Positions 18,157 to 28,124 of a stretch of DNA of 37,420 nt are shown here, piece after piece. Where the stretch lies: positions 613,247 to 650,666 of the forward strand of contig CP174359.1 in NCBI GenBank assembly GCA_045401115.1. The letters are read 5' to 3'. The position numbers and the translations under genes are program-made. The DNA is from Candidatus Phycocordibacter aenigmaticus. GTDB lineage: Bacteria > Patescibacteriota > Minisyncoccia > Phycocordibacterales > Phycocordibacteraceae. The notes beneath the pieces are model-generated. The model made no database searches. It saw nothing but the letters and a program-made list of their open reading frames with translations, and was not told the origin of the DNA. Each line of letters starts with the position of its first letter. Position 1 is the first letter of the stretch.

Positions 18157-18732
18157 ATGGCACTTGCAGATATCATCAAAAAAATAGAGGCGGATGCACA
18201 GCAAGAAGCTGAGCGTATTGTCAGCGACGCAAAAACGCGAATGCGTGAGATTGAGTCTGAGGGAGCCACTGCGACTAACGCTTTTGAGGAACAGGCAAAG
18301 CGTGACCGCGAACGCCGTGCAGGCAAAGCAGCGGAGCGTATTATCTCTGCCGCCCGTCACGAAGCAAAATTCATCCGTGAATCATTCAAAAATAACCTCA
18401 TCGATGAAGTCTTCGCGGCGGTTGAGAAAAAACTCATCGCCCTCAGCGACGATGCCTACCGCACATACATTACCCAATCAATAGAACAGATGGGTGACGC
18501 AGTACATGAAGCAACATACCGTGTTGCTTCAGAACGTGAAAAAGAAACAGTGGCATTGTTAACCAAAGCCGGTGCCTCATCAGACGCAATTACTGCAGCA
18601 CCACAGGGTGTATTGTGTGGCGGCTTTGTAGCGGAAACACCACGTCAAGAATTTGATTTCTCGTTTGCCTCACTTATAAAGCAAGCTCGACTTGAAAAAG
18701 AGATCGCGGTATCGCGAGGACTCTTTGCGTAA
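18157..18732 (+). CDS. atpE: V/A-type ATP synthase subunit E
   Basis: L.DIIKKI..DA..EA..I..A coiled coil, GGF..., DFSF; position after K. Confidence 0.88.
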   Translation: MALADIIKKIEADAQQEAERIVSDAKTRMREIESEGATATNAFEEQAKRDRERRAGKAAERIISAARHEAKFIRESFKNNLIDEVFAAVEKKLIALSDDAYRTYITQSIEQMGDAVHEATYRVASEREKETVALLTKAGASSDAITAAPQGVLCGGFVAETPRQEFDFSFASLIKQARLEKEIAVSRGLFA

Positions 18733-18745
18733 CATTCACTTACCT

Positions 18746-19741
18746 ATGGACTCTGCTCATATATACGCCGGAACACACGCGTACGTACTGCTTCAAAAAT
18801 TGCTCAGCGAAACACAGCGCGAGCTTCTTTTGGGTGCGGAAAACTATGATGCATTTCTGCAGTCACTTCGCGAAACATTTCTCGGTGTCTATATGGATAG
18901 TGAAGGTGCTGACAGTGAAGCGCTTACTCAGGCACTTGACCGCGCAACGCTTAACGCGAAGCGTGAAATTGAACGACTACTTCCCAACTCTGAACTCTTC
19001 ACTTTTATATGGCTCCGTTATGACTTCTACAACCTTAAGGTGCTGATGAAGCAAGAAGCACAGGAACGGAGCGCTGATATTAAACGCACTCAATCGCCAC
19101 TCGGGACACTTTCACCGGAGGCACTTGAGAGAGTGGTGCAATCGGGGAATTTTACGACACTGCCACCAGCACTTTCAGCGGCAGTACGTGAAAGTAAAAA
19201 GAATACCCGCGCATCTCTTGATGTGATTATGGACCGACACTACCTGACTGCTGCAGCAGAATATGCAGCGCGCACTGAAGACCCATTCGTTAATAACTAC
19301 GTAGCGCTTATTATTGACCTCTTTAATCTGCGCACCCGACTACGCGTGCTCCTTTCTGAAGAAAACGGTGCATCTACCTCTCTCGACACTGTGGTGACTA
19401 CCGGCGGCACTATTCCAGCGACTAGTTTAGAGAAAAAAGACGATGTCTTGCATCGCCTTGCACGATTTGGTGGTGAATCATTTTGGAGAGATGCGATCGC
19501 AACCTACGAAGAAAACGGAGACTTTACGCTCATTGATAAAGCGGCAGATGACTACCTGATGCACTGGCTCAAACGCGAAAGTGTGACAGTGCATTCACTG
19601 GCGCCTATTTTTGCCTACTTTAGAGTAGTGCAAGAAAACGTGCAGTTTATACGTACTGTCGCGACCGCAAAATACGTAGGGTTGGACGAAACACTTCTAC
19701 GCACACTGATCCGTAACTCATACAATGCCTATGTCTACTAA
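18746..19741 (+). CDS. atpC: V/A-type ATP synthase subunit C (d)
   Basis: YDFYNLKVL, IDLFNL, operon position between E and F; start set at ATG 18746. Confidence 0.85.
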   Translation: MDSAHIYAGTHAYVLLQKLLSETQRELLLGAENYDAFLQSLRETFLGVYMDSEGADSEALTQALDRATLNAKREIERLLPNSELFTFIWLRYDFYNLKVLMKQEAQERSADIKRTQSPLGTLSPEALERVVQSGNFTTLPPALSAAVRESKKNTRASLDVIMDRHYLTAAAEYAARTEDPFVNNYVALIIDLFNLRTRLRVLLSEENGASTSLDTVVTTGGTIPATSLEKKDDVLHRLARFGGESFWRDAIATYEENGDFTLIDKAADDYLMHWLKRESVTVHSLAPIFAYFRVVQENVQFIRTVATAKYVGLDETLLRTLIRNSYNAYVY

Positions 19742-20075
19742 TACTCAACAAACAATGCGTGTGGCGGCAATTGGTCCCCGAGAGCTGCTTGGAGGTCTTC
19801 AGTTGTTTGGTGCGCAGGTATACCACAGTAATACCCCGGAAGACGCGTTTAATGCGCTGCATGCTATTCATACCAGTAAGGAATCATATGCAATCGTCTT
19901 TATTGTTGAGTCAATTGTCTCAAACATGACCGATGCGCAGTATGAGGAAGCAACAAGCCGTGACCTACCGGTAGTGCTTACTATTCCTGATCTAACCTCA
20001 CCAGAGGATGCGGGTCTTGATAAGCTTCGCCTACTTACCAAACGCGCAGTAGGAGTTGATATCTTTAAAGATTAG
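19725..20075 (+). CDS. atpF: V/A-type ATP synthase subunit F
   Basis: VAAIG....G..L.G, P.V..IP, KRAVGVDI. Confidence 0.9.
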   Translation: MPMSTNTQQTMRVAAIGPRELLGGLQLFGAQVYHSNTPEDAFNALHAIHTSKESYAIVFIVESIVSNMTDAQYEEATSRDLPVVLTIPDLTSPEDAGLDKLRLLTKRAVGVDIFKD

Positions 20076-20230
20076 AAACTACTGTTCGTTCAGGCGCATA
20101 TACGGTCTGATACAGCAGATTTTGGGGCGTACATACAGCGTTGATAACCCTATTCCCTTAGGGGAATATCTGGGATATAGTGTCCCCGTTGCATATAACA
20201 ACGCAAAAATTACTATTTAACACGATATTT

Positions 20231-20488
20231 ATGGCACAAAAAGCAAATTCGGCTCTCTTAAAGCCGATGGAACTCTCACCGGAACTCGAAGCAGTGATCG
20301 GTAAAGGTCCACTTCCTCGCTCACAGGTAGTTAAGAAGATGTGGGAATATATTAAAAAACACGATCTTCAAAATCCTGAGAACAAACGCAACATTATTGC
20401 CGATGAAAAACTGAAACCAGTATTCGGCGGCAAGGATGAGGTTACTATGTTTGAAATGACTAAACTTGTTTCAGCACATCTTTCATAG
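20231..20488 (+). CDS. Stand-alone SWIB/MDM2-domain protein
   Basis: LSPELEAVIG..PLPRSQVVKKMWEYIKKHDLQNPENKRNI.ADEKL..VF; start set at ATG 20231. Confidence 0.93.
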   Translation: MAQKANSALLKPMELSPELEAVIGKGPLPRSQVVKKMWEYIKKHDLQNPENKRNIIADEKLKPVFGGKDEVTMFEMTKLVSAHLS

Positions 20489-20509
20489 GGTTCCTGTCTC
20501 ATATTAGAG

Positions 20510-20547
20510 AATATAAAACGGCTCACTACAGTGAGCCGTTTTATATT
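20510..20547. terminator. Hairpin/terminator, copy 2 of AAACGGCTCAC-loop-GTGAGCCGTTT
   Basis: 17-bp perfect stem after the SWIB gene. Confidence 0.6.
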
Positions 20548-20574
20548 ATGAGCTATTTCGCATACAATACACAT

Positions 20575-21378
20575 ATGGACACTTGGGTTACCCGATATAA
20601 ATCAATAGGAGAAACCCCTCTTGAGGTATTAGAGAGGTACCGCGCTGAAGCGAATTTAGACGACGAGGTACCGCTTGCCTACGCCGGGCGACTTGATCCT
20701 ATGGCTGAAGGGAAATTACTTATTCTCGTAGGAGATGAGTGTAAAAAGCAAGAACGCTACTTTAATTTAGACAAAGCATATGAATTTAGGGTTTTATTTG
20801 GCTTTAAAAGCGACTCAGGAGACGTTTTAGGCCTCGCAGAGCCTTCACCTCATATTCCCGACTTTACCCCTGTAGAACTCAAAAATACGCTTTCTACACT
20901 TATAGGAGATCAAGAATTCCCCTATCCTCGTTTCTCTGCCAAGACAGTAGATGGAAAACCTCTTCATGAATGGACTCTTGAAGAAAGACTACACGAGATC
21001 ACTATCCCTACAAAACGTTCGACTATCTACCATTTGGCACTGAAGGAGTTGGTAATGCTCCCTGCTGACACCGTACAAGAAACCATTTTTAAAAAAATAA
21101 ATTCATTTCCTGAGGTACTCGATCCACGTAAAGCATTGGGGCAAGATTTCCGCCGAACAGAAACTCGCGCGCGGTGGAGTGAACTCTTTACAGGGAGCAC
21201 TATTACCCATTACCCAGTCGCCACCGTGTACTGTGAAGCATCTTCAGGAACCTATATGCGTACTCTTGCCGAAGAAATAGCAAAACGACTTGAAACGAAC
21301 GGACTTGCTTTCTCTATTACACGTACAAAAATCGGCAAACGCTTACGACGCTTACCGCTGTGGTATCAGTCTTTTTAA
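20575..21378 (+). CDS. Divergent TruB-like pseudouridine synthase paralog
   Basis: K..GETPL, YAGRLDPMAEG, YP.FS.K.V.GKPL, SSGTYMRTL; start set at ATG 20575. Confidence 0.85.
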   Translation: MDTWVTRYKSIGETPLEVLERYRAEANLDDEVPLAYAGRLDPMAEGKLLILVGDECKKQERYFNLDKAYEFRVLFGFKSDSGDVLGLAEPSPHIPDFTPVELKNTLSTLIGDQEFPYPRFSAKTVDGKPLHEWTLEERLHEITIPTKRSTIYHLALKELVMLPADTVQETIFKKINSFPEVLDPRKALGQDFRRTETRARWSELFTGSTITHYPVATVYCEASSGTYMRTLAEEIAKRLETNGLAFSITRTKIGKRLRRLPLWYQSF

Positions 21379-21626
21379 GATGTGATGTCTTTTGACTGCA
21401 TCGGGCTTTCAATACCCGGCTTCCACTCGGCATCAATCTCGCCGAATCGTTTTTCATACTCAGCAACCTGATTAGTGAGGTACTGAGAAAGGCGCTTCAT
21501 GTGTTGCGGAGTGAGCGCATAAAATGTAGCGTTTTCTCCATTTAAAATTCCCATAAAGAACGACTCTTGAGAATGCGCGACGGTAATATTTTCACAAAAT
21601 TGTTTTGGTACTTTACTGAGATCCAT
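21375..21626 (-). CDS. DUF3467-like small protein
   Basis: N..V.HS.E.F, TPQHMKRL...L...V..YEKRFGEI. Confidence 0.75.
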   Translation of the reverse strand: MDLSKVPKQFCENITVAHSQESFFMGILNGENATFYALTPQHMKRLSQYLTNQVAEYEKRFGEIDAEWKPGIESPMQSKDITS

Positions 21627-21694
21627 ATAGTGGGTGCATGTTTATAGTATGTACCTAGTATACCATTTGCGTCTAAAGACTTGGTGAGCAGATC

Positions 21695-22513
21695 CTAATG
21701 TTCGACGCGCTTAAGGTAGGCAACGCCACCATACAACCCTCCTTTATCACCCAACTGCGCCATAGTAATGCGTGGTGCATCCGGATACTGTTTCATAATC
21801 AGCGTGCGTAGTGTCTGTTCAACGCGCTTAATAGGAATTGCGTTCTTGCCGACAATCATAGAGCCACCAAGTACGATGACTTCGGGCGACCAATGCAACA
21901 CATTGTCATACAGTCCGCGCGCCAATATATCAGCAAGTTCATTACGTGCTGCTTCATCATCTAAATCCTTCGGTGACACGCCGTATTTTTTCTGCACCGC
22001 TGTGCCTGATACGAGACTTTCAAGAGATGCTCCGTCAACCATTTGGTGACCTACTTCCGCATTATACTTTCCACGTATAATCTCTCCGTTCACCACATGT
22101 GCACCACCAACCCCCGTGGAAACAGTAACGTACAGCATATTTGATTCCCCTTTCCCTGCCCCATGATAATACTCACCAAGTGCCACCAACTCAGTATCAT
22201 TTAATAAAAAGACTGGAGCGCCGAGTGCTTGCTTAAGTTTTTCACCCAACGGAAATCCATTCCATGCAACAATATGTGGCGGTTTATACATAACCCCATC
22301 ACTAATAACTCCTTTTACTCCTCCACACACGGCACTCACCGGAAAACCACCCACGATACGCTCTATGGAGCTGAGTATTTTTAACAATCCAACCTCAGGT
22401 TCAGGTGGTGTTTCAAAAATAGTGACATCGCGCAGCGAGACTCCTTCAACAACTGCCGCCACACGTGTTTTAGTGCCTCCAATATCAAATACAATCTGTA
22501 CGCCTTGCTCCAT
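21695..22513 (-). CDS. ROK-family sugar kinase (glucokinase-like)
   Basis: DIGGTK, LND...ALGE, STGVGG, EVGHQ, LGGS. Confidence 0.9.
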   Translation of the reverse strand: MEQGVQIVFDIGGTKTRVAAVVEGVSLRDVTIFETPPEPEVGLLKILSSIERIVGGFPVSAVCGGVKGVISDGVMYKPPHIVAWNGFPLGEKLKQALGAPVFLLNDTELVALGEYYHGAGKGESNMLYVTVSTGVGGAHVVNGEIIRGKYNAEVGHQMVDGASLESLVSGTAVQKKYGVSPKDLDDEAARNELADILARGLYDNVLHWSPEVIVLGGSMIVGKNAIPIKRVEQTLRTLIMKQYPDAPRITMAQLGDKGGLYGGVAYLKRVEH

Positions 22514-22579
22514 ACCTATAATCCTTTCAATAGTATCATTACTTATACATCAGTAACGGTTTACCATTCTTTATAAAAA

Positions 22580-23623
22580 TTAATACGCAGGAGGTTGGTA
22601 ACTTACAATATCTGCTTCAGTTTTTTCACCTACTTCAAAAGCATGGCAGTATACATACTCTTCATCTTTTAAATCAGAGCACATACCATAGGCAGCATCA
22701 AAACCTAACGTGCTGATGACCACACTTACCGCAAACGCCCGGCAAATCAGTTGTTCACGTCTCACTGGTGACGCATCTTCGCAGATCGATACTGCACGTT
22801 GCGCACTGTCTGCAGGGTCACCTTGCACAGCAACGCGGCCCATACCAGCAAAACAGAAGTCACGTACATCATAGTCGTCATTCTCACATAATAAAAATCC
22901 ACGTTGTACCCGCTCTTGCAACGGTATACCTTCCAGAAGCATCAGCTCATTCCACCATTGGGTGCGCCACAATGCACACGCTTCTTTTGTATGCCCTGAC
23001 AATCCTTCACAGGGTGAATACCAATCATTGTTCACGAGCGTACGAGGCGGTACGTTGTTAGTAACCGCAAGTATCGTTCGGCTATTATATTCCATAAACA
23101 CGCCGGCTTGGCATCCATGGAATGCATCCGCGTTCTCCAATGATTCACAAAGTGCAATAGATTGCTGAAATGCGTCCTCGTCATACCCAAGATATCCCAC
23201 AAGTCCGTGTCCAATACCGTGTTGGCAACCACCAATATCATTAATACGGGTACACGTTTTATTTAAATCTTTAATAACGGTGAGACCACCATCGCTAATA
23301 CTTCGCCCAACAAATTCATGCATACACCCCCGAGCAAGATGCGTTCCGCACTCAAGCAGTCCTTTTTGCGGGTCGTGAGTATATAATGCGGAACCGAAAA
23401 TATGGCCAAGTAAATGCTGATCAGATGGATCTAATGTGTGTGCAGCTGCGCGAAGCTCTTGATACGCATCAACTGAACCAACAACGTGTATGCGCTCTTG
23501 CCAATATGCTTCCTCAGTGTAGCGGGTCTCTTCTAACTCTATAGCAGAATAATGACCTACCGCAATAACTCCTACAATGATTGCTACCACCGCACCAACA
23601 GATATTGCAATTAATAATTTCAT
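22580..23623 (-). CDS. Exported Cys-rich protein with H..GH..G and GC.H repeats
   Basis: N-terminal TM/signal; HLLGHIFG, GCMHE, GCQHGIGHG, GCQAGVFME and many paired Cys. Confidence 0.7.
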   Translation of the reverse strand: MKLLIAISVGAVVAIIVGVIAVGHYSAIELEETRYTEEAYWQERIHVVGSVDAYQELRAAAHTLDPSDQHLLGHIFGSALYTHDPQKGLLECGTHLARGCMHEFVGRSISDGGLTVIKDLNKTCTRINDIGGCQHGIGHGLVGYLGYDEDAFQQSIALCESLENADAFHGCQAGVFMEYNSRTILAVTNNVPPRTLVNNDWYSPCEGLSGHTKEACALWRTQWWNELMLLEGIPLQERVQRGFLLCENDDYDVRDFCFAGMGRVAVQGDPADSAQRAVSICEDASPVRREQLICRAFAVSVVISTLGFDAAYGMCSDLKDEEYVYCHAFEVGEKTEADIVSYQPPAY

Positions 23624-23668
23624 GCTTTATATAGTTATTACATCCCTGTTCCGTAGGTACACGTTGAT

Positions 23669-24685
23669 CTATTTTTCTTCAAATAACGGGCGTGCCCACT
23701 CCCATACTGCATCGTAGTTCTGTATTTCTTTGAGGTAATACCACCACTCTGCTCCCCACAAGTATTGCCTTTCAAAACTTGTTCGCTTCGCAAATGTGAT
23801 GGTTTCATGTAATTTTTCAATATTCATACGGTACAGCTGCTCTTCAAGAGGTGTGTCTACTATCGGTTTTTCAACCCACGGCTCGGCGGCAAGTTCAGCG
23901 ATGATTGCCGGTTTGCGCTCAAGCGTCGTAAGTTCGGTGAACGCACGTTTCGCCCGGAAAAATGCCGGAGTAGTTGGGTAGCTCACAAATGCGTCCAGGT
24001 CACGATTCCATACTTCGCGATACAACGTAGTACCAAACACATCACCACGAACCCATGTATTATTCCAAAAACCTAATTCACCTGAAGCAGTCAATAACAC
24101 CGGATGTGCCGGATCTAAGGTGCGCACCAATGCAACTTCTTCCTCAAGAAACTCAATATCAAGCGCGCCACACTGCCCAAGCGCAAAGCCGATAATAAAC
24201 GGTTCGTTCTCTACTTGCCATTCTTTCAGTGCCGGTGAATCTTTATAACGCTCTACAACAGCAGTAATGTAGGCACGCACATCATCTTTTTGCTCTTCAA
24301 GTGACTCATCTTTAATCCACGACGGTTCATGACATTCAGGCCAACTCGGCAATCGCCGACCGACGGCAAGCACAACCTCAGCGCCATACTCTTCAGCAAG
24401 ACGCATTTGATAATCAAGTTCATCAAAATTGAAACTCCCCTGTTCAGGCTCAATCATTTGCCAATGCGCGACGAGTCGAAAATGTCGTACACCGAGATCT
24501 TCAAGTAATGCACGATACGTGTCTTTCCACGGAAGATTGAGTTCATCGGCACGAAACTTACTAAACGTAACTCCATACGTTACTTTCTCAGGTATTGACG
24601 GGATAGCTGCTAATACGTTAAAAACGATACCGATAAACACGATGAGGAGTAGCAGTGTAAACACAATATGGCGAAATAATTTCAT
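23669..24685 (-). CDS. Membrane-anchored clan GH-A glycoside hydrolase (GH5/GH42-like)
   Basis: W..IEP..G.F.F..LD, WQVENEPF (acid/base), IAEL.AEPW (nucleophile region); N-terminal TM. Confidence 0.8.
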   Translation of the reverse strand: MKLFRHIVFTLLLLIVFIGIVFNVLAAIPSIPEKVTYGVTFSKFRADELNLPWKDTYRALLEDLGVRHFRLVAHWQMIEPEQGSFNFDELDYQMRLAEEYGAEVVLAVGRRLPSWPECHEPSWIKDESLEEQKDDVRAYITAVVERYKDSPALKEWQVENEPFIIGFALGQCGALDIEFLEEEVALVRTLDPAHPVLLTASGELGFWNNTWVRGDVFGTTLYREVWNRDLDAFVSYPTTPAFFRAKRAFTELTTLERKPAIIAELAAEPWVEKPIVDTPLEEQLYRMNIEKLHETITFAKRTSFERQYLWGAEWWYYLKEIQNYDAVWEWARPLFEEK

Positions 24686-24690
24686 ACTGC

Positions 24691-25578
24691 TTACAAAATA
24701 AACAAAGCTGCGAGCCCGAGTACAATCGCAAGAGTGCCGGTTACTTTTAACACTACTGTGCGCCTTGATAGTTCACCTTGGAATATACCGATACGACGAG
24801 TAACTAATGGCGTGAGCATAAAGAGGAAAATCAACTGCAGTCCTCCAATAGCGCTCACGATGGAAACACTGCCAAGGTAAATAGCAATAAAGGTGAGGAA
24901 AAATGACAACCCGCCAAGTGCCTTACTTATTATCACCATCCACTTCGCACCCGATGATGAAGAAGTAATACCGTCTTTAATGGCAAAAAAACGCGTCGGC
25001 GCAAGTACCACGAGCGCCACCAACACATTCATAATAAGTGGCCAGAAGAGTGCGTTCGCGACACCAGTTGCTTCAAACACTAACTTCACGGCAAATGTTG
25101 ACGCGCCGATAAATACACCAGCAGATACGGTAAGAAAGAAAAGACGCCATGAGAAACAAAAACAGTAAATAAGTACCGTTCCGATAATTAAGAGAATGAA
25201 TCCGGGGAGTGCGTTTACTGTAAGGTCATGTGTGAGGAAAAGCGACGCTAAAATTCCTGTGGTCATAGCCCCAAACGCCGCAGTAATAGGAATAACGTCA
25301 GTAACTGAAAGTTCGCGTAACGCGCGGTACAAAAATAACAATCCACTCATATAGAAGAGTGCGGAGAGTAGAGAAAAAAGAAATACATTCGTGCTTGGCA
25401 GTGACACCACTCCAAATGGGAGAAGTATCACAATCACACCAGAGAGCATCATGGTGTAGAACGCAAACGCTGCTGGGTGCTTAATACCTTCCTTAGAAAC
25501 AAGGACGTATTTATCAATAAACACCGTGAGCGCGGATACAAACTGAGAAAACACAGCGATGGCAATCCACGTAAACAT
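24691..25578 (-). CDS. EamA/DMT-superfamily transporter
   Basis: About 10 TM helices, IDK..L and G.VS.V.A pattern in two repeats. Confidence 0.75.
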   Translation of the reverse strand: MFTWIAIAVFSQFVSALTVFIDKYVLVSKEGIKHPAAFAFYTMMLSGVIVILLPFGVVSLPSTNVFLFSLLSALFYMSGLLFLYRALRELSVTDVIPITAAFGAMTTGILASLFLTHDLTVNALPGFILLIIGTVLIYCFCFSWRLFFLTVSAGVFIGASTFAVKLVFEATGVANALFWPLIMNVLVALVVLAPTRFFAIKDGITSSSSGAKWMVIISKALGGLSFFLTFIAIYLGSVSIVSAIGGLQLIFLFMLTPLVTRRIGIFQGELSRRTVVLKVTGTLAIVLGLAALFIL

Positions 25579-25594
25579 TATTTTTTAGTATACC

Positions 25595-26749
25595 TTACTC
25601 ATTTGCGTGTTTTGCAATGATTTCCGCATAGCGCTTCGCACTCTCACGAATGGTACGCTCCCGATCACCCTCGTGATCAACATGTACTAACCCAAAACGC
25701 ATTGTGTATCCTTCCGCCCATTCATAATTATCAAGGAGCGACCAATGCATATAGCCGCGTACATCAACACCTTCGTTAATAGCTTGTTCAACCCCTTTCA
25801 GGGATTCTTCAATAAACCACGCACGGTATGTATCCTCAGCATCAGCAAGGCCATGTTCAGTGACATACACCGGTACTGTATATTTTTTTAAAGAAAGCAA
25901 CGACGTGTACATTGATAATGGGGACAGCTTCCATCCAAAATCACTTTTAGGATATGTTGCTTTTTTCTTTTTATTCTCCCAAAAAACAATATCGAAATAA
26001 TGATTAACCGCAATAAAATCTTGGAAACCTTTGATGTGATTGAGGTAACGATTGTTATACCACCATGAACCAATTGCAGCGAAAATTGTCCCGACAGGAT
26101 TTGAGCCGTGAAAAGGAATAATATTTTTTGATACACCAATTTTTGTGTGTGGCGCAATATTTTTAATTGCAGCATATGATTTGATATGACCGCTAATCAC
26201 ATGCGAAACAGAACGCAAATATGCAAAAAGGTTTTTTCTAAACGGCGGCCACGTACCCGCAAGATACCCAACGCCTGTTACCACCATCGGCTCATTGATG
26301 GTGATATAAAATGTCACATCATCACCAAGATGTTCCGCAACGCGCGCAGCATAGCGCGCTAAAAGTTCCGGCCATTCTTTATACGTGATTCCACCCTTCT
26401 CAGAAAGCCATGTTGGCATCGTCCAGTGCCAAATGGTCACAAACGGCTCGATACCACGCGCACGAAGCGCTGCGACCACCGCCTTATAATGATCAAGCTC
26501 TTTCTCATCAAATACTCCCTCTTCAGGCTCAATACGTGCCCATTCTATAGAAAAACGGTGCGCAGAGTGTCCAAGTGATTTGGCAATATCAAAATCTTCC
26601 TCAAATCGATTGTAATGGTCGCACGCGAGACCTGCCTCAGGTACGCGACCTTCTCGCGCCGCCTCGGCCCAGTCATTATTTTCAATACCCCCCTCTACTT
26701 GGTATGAAGATGTGGAGGCACCCCAGAGAAAATCTTTTGGAAACGTCAT
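25595..26749 (-). CDS. Glycoside hydrolase family 1 (beta-glucosidase)
   Basis: FPKDFLWG.STSSYQVEG, RFSIEWARI.P, TINEP, VTEHG, WSLLDNYEW..G...RFGL. Confidence 0.95.
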   Translation of the reverse strand: MTFPKDFLWGASTSSYQVEGGIENNDWAEAAREGRVPEAGLACDHYNRFEEDFDIAKSLGHSAHRFSIEWARIEPEEGVFDEKELDHYKAVVAALRARGIEPFVTIWHWTMPTWLSEKGGITYKEWPELLARYAARVAEHLGDDVTFYITINEPMVVTGVGYLAGTWPPFRKNLFAYLRSVSHVISGHIKSYAAIKNIAPHTKIGVSKNIIPFHGSNPVGTIFAAIGSWWYNNRYLNHIKGFQDFIAVNHYFDIVFWENKKKKATYPKSDFGWKLSPLSMYTSLLSLKKYTVPVYVTEHGLADAEDTYRAWFIEESLKGVEQAINEGVDVRGYMHWSLLDNYEWAEGYTMRFGLVHVDHEGDRERTIRESAKRYAEIIAKHANE

Positions 26750-26793
26750 CTATTTATAGGATACCAGAACTAAAATAATAGATTGTTCTCTGT

Positions 26794-27018
26794 TTACTCG
26801 TTACTTGTTTTTTGTAATGCCCTGAGTCCCCCAACGAGCAATGCAGCTGCAGCTAGTGTAAGAGCACCGGAGAGCATTTCATCCATATACTCAAATGATT
26901 CAAACGGTTCAACCGCACCAATCACTCCTGCCCCAGCAAGCGACCCGACTGATCCCCAAAGGAATGAGAAAGGTGTGAAATCTTTAGATGCAACATTTTC
27001 TTGTTCTAGATTATACAT
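26794..27018 (-). CDS. Small two-TM hypothetical protein
   Basis: 74-aa ORF co-oriented within the minus-strand cluster, two hydrophobic segments. Confidence 0.5.
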   Translation of the reverse strand: MYNLEQENVASKDFTPFSFLWGSVGSLAGAGVIGAVEPFESFEYMDEMLSGALTLAAAALLVGGLRALQKTSNE

Positions 27019-27043
27019 AACTCAATTTTAACATAACGCACCT

Positions 27044-27628
27044 TTACTCCTCTACTACCGGTAAGCCGGCTAAGTCCTCTTTTTCGATATGTGTGTAATG
27101 AGAATTCCTAACCAGCGCCGGCTCTCCGTCTTTTTCAATAATGTAGTAGGCGAAACCATGCATATCACGAATAGGTTCATAGTCATTTGGTGTAGGAGCA
27201 CCAGCTGAACCTTCACGTACATCAGTAACATTATTATCTGCCGTAACCATAAAAGAAGGTCCGCAATTTACTAAACAATGTCCAAAGTGTGGTGGTACAA
27301 AAAGCACATCGCCGTGGTTGATAGGTACAACACGAACCTCTTCGATCACATCAGAAAGTGGTTCACCGTTCTTCTCCGCCCGTTTTTGCAGAATCGCAAT
27401 GCCGCGACCAAAAAGAATCCAATACGTTTCATCTTGGTCACCATGATGATAGTGACCATACGTTTTAATAAACTCACCGCCAACAGTGCCCGACTCCCAT
27501 ACTGTAATATTGCGATCTTCAACATCGCCACGCATCATGTGGTAGTGTGCCTCCGGTCCTGGTGCATCCGGATATAGTAATACCTCCTTCATTTCTTCAT
27601 GCGATCGTGACGCAAATGTTTTATTCAT
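27044..27628 (-). CDS. Cupin-type (archaeal-type) glucose-6-phosphate isomerase family protein
   Basis: G.VGGEF.KT.GHYH, E.Y....G.G...LQ, VPP...H..VN. Confidence 0.85.
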   Translation of the reverse strand: MNKTFASRSHEEMKEVLLYPDAPGPEAHYHMMRGDVEDRNITVWESGTVGGEFIKTYGHYHHGDQDETYWILFGRGIAILQKRAEKNGEPLSDVIEEVRVVPINHGDVLFVPPHFGHCLVNCGPSFMVTADNNVTDVREGSAGAPTPNDYEPIRDMHGFAYYIIEKDGEPALVRNSHYTHIEKEDLAGLPVVEE

Positions 27629-27680
27629 ATACTTCCACTATACCAAAAACTATTTAGGATTTTGATATAAACATAAACGA

Positions 27681-28085
27681 TTACTCGTTACATTTTATAC
27701 AACGACAGCCGTACGGTTTGATCTGGTCTTCAAAATATTCTTTCCCGTAATGGTATGTGAGCTCTTCACCTTCCTTAACGGCGCGTTTGGTGTAGATAAA
27801 TATACGTCGTCCATCCATTTCAGCCTCACAGTTAGGTCGACAGGAATGGTTAAGAAAACGTGCTGTATTTTCTTTATGATTTCCAAGTATCGTGTCGCCG
27901 TTTTCAAGACGAAAAAGATATTTTCCACCAACATCATTAGCCTCATCTTCTGAAACAATATCTCCCCAATATTCAATAATAAACGACCCGCGAGGTATGT
28001 CTTCCATAGCAAAAAGCCCTACCCCAGAAATGCCGCGCCGTGCTTTTGTTTTATATTTTGATAATCGTGGATACCGATATCCCAT
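27681..28085 (-). CDS. SET-domain protein-lysine methyltransferase with post-SET Cys
   Basis: G.GLFA, IEY.G, RFLNHSC.PN, GEELTY.Y, CRC..C. Confidence 0.95.
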   Translation of the reverse strand: MGYRYPRLSKYKTKARRGISGVGLFAMEDIPRGSFIIEYWGDIVSEDEANDVGGKYLFRLENGDTILGNHKENTARFLNHSCRPNCEAEMDGRRIFIYTKRAVKEGEELTYHYGKEYFEDQIKPYGCRCIKCNE

Positions 28086-28124
28086 ACGTATTTAAAACGC
28101 ACACCGTAATACAAACGTCGTACG

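Noticed and set aside
26330-26360. Local GC palindrome (CGCGCG..GCGCT) inside the GH1 gene
   Set aside because: Explained by Ala/Arg codons; no extended stem or second copy.
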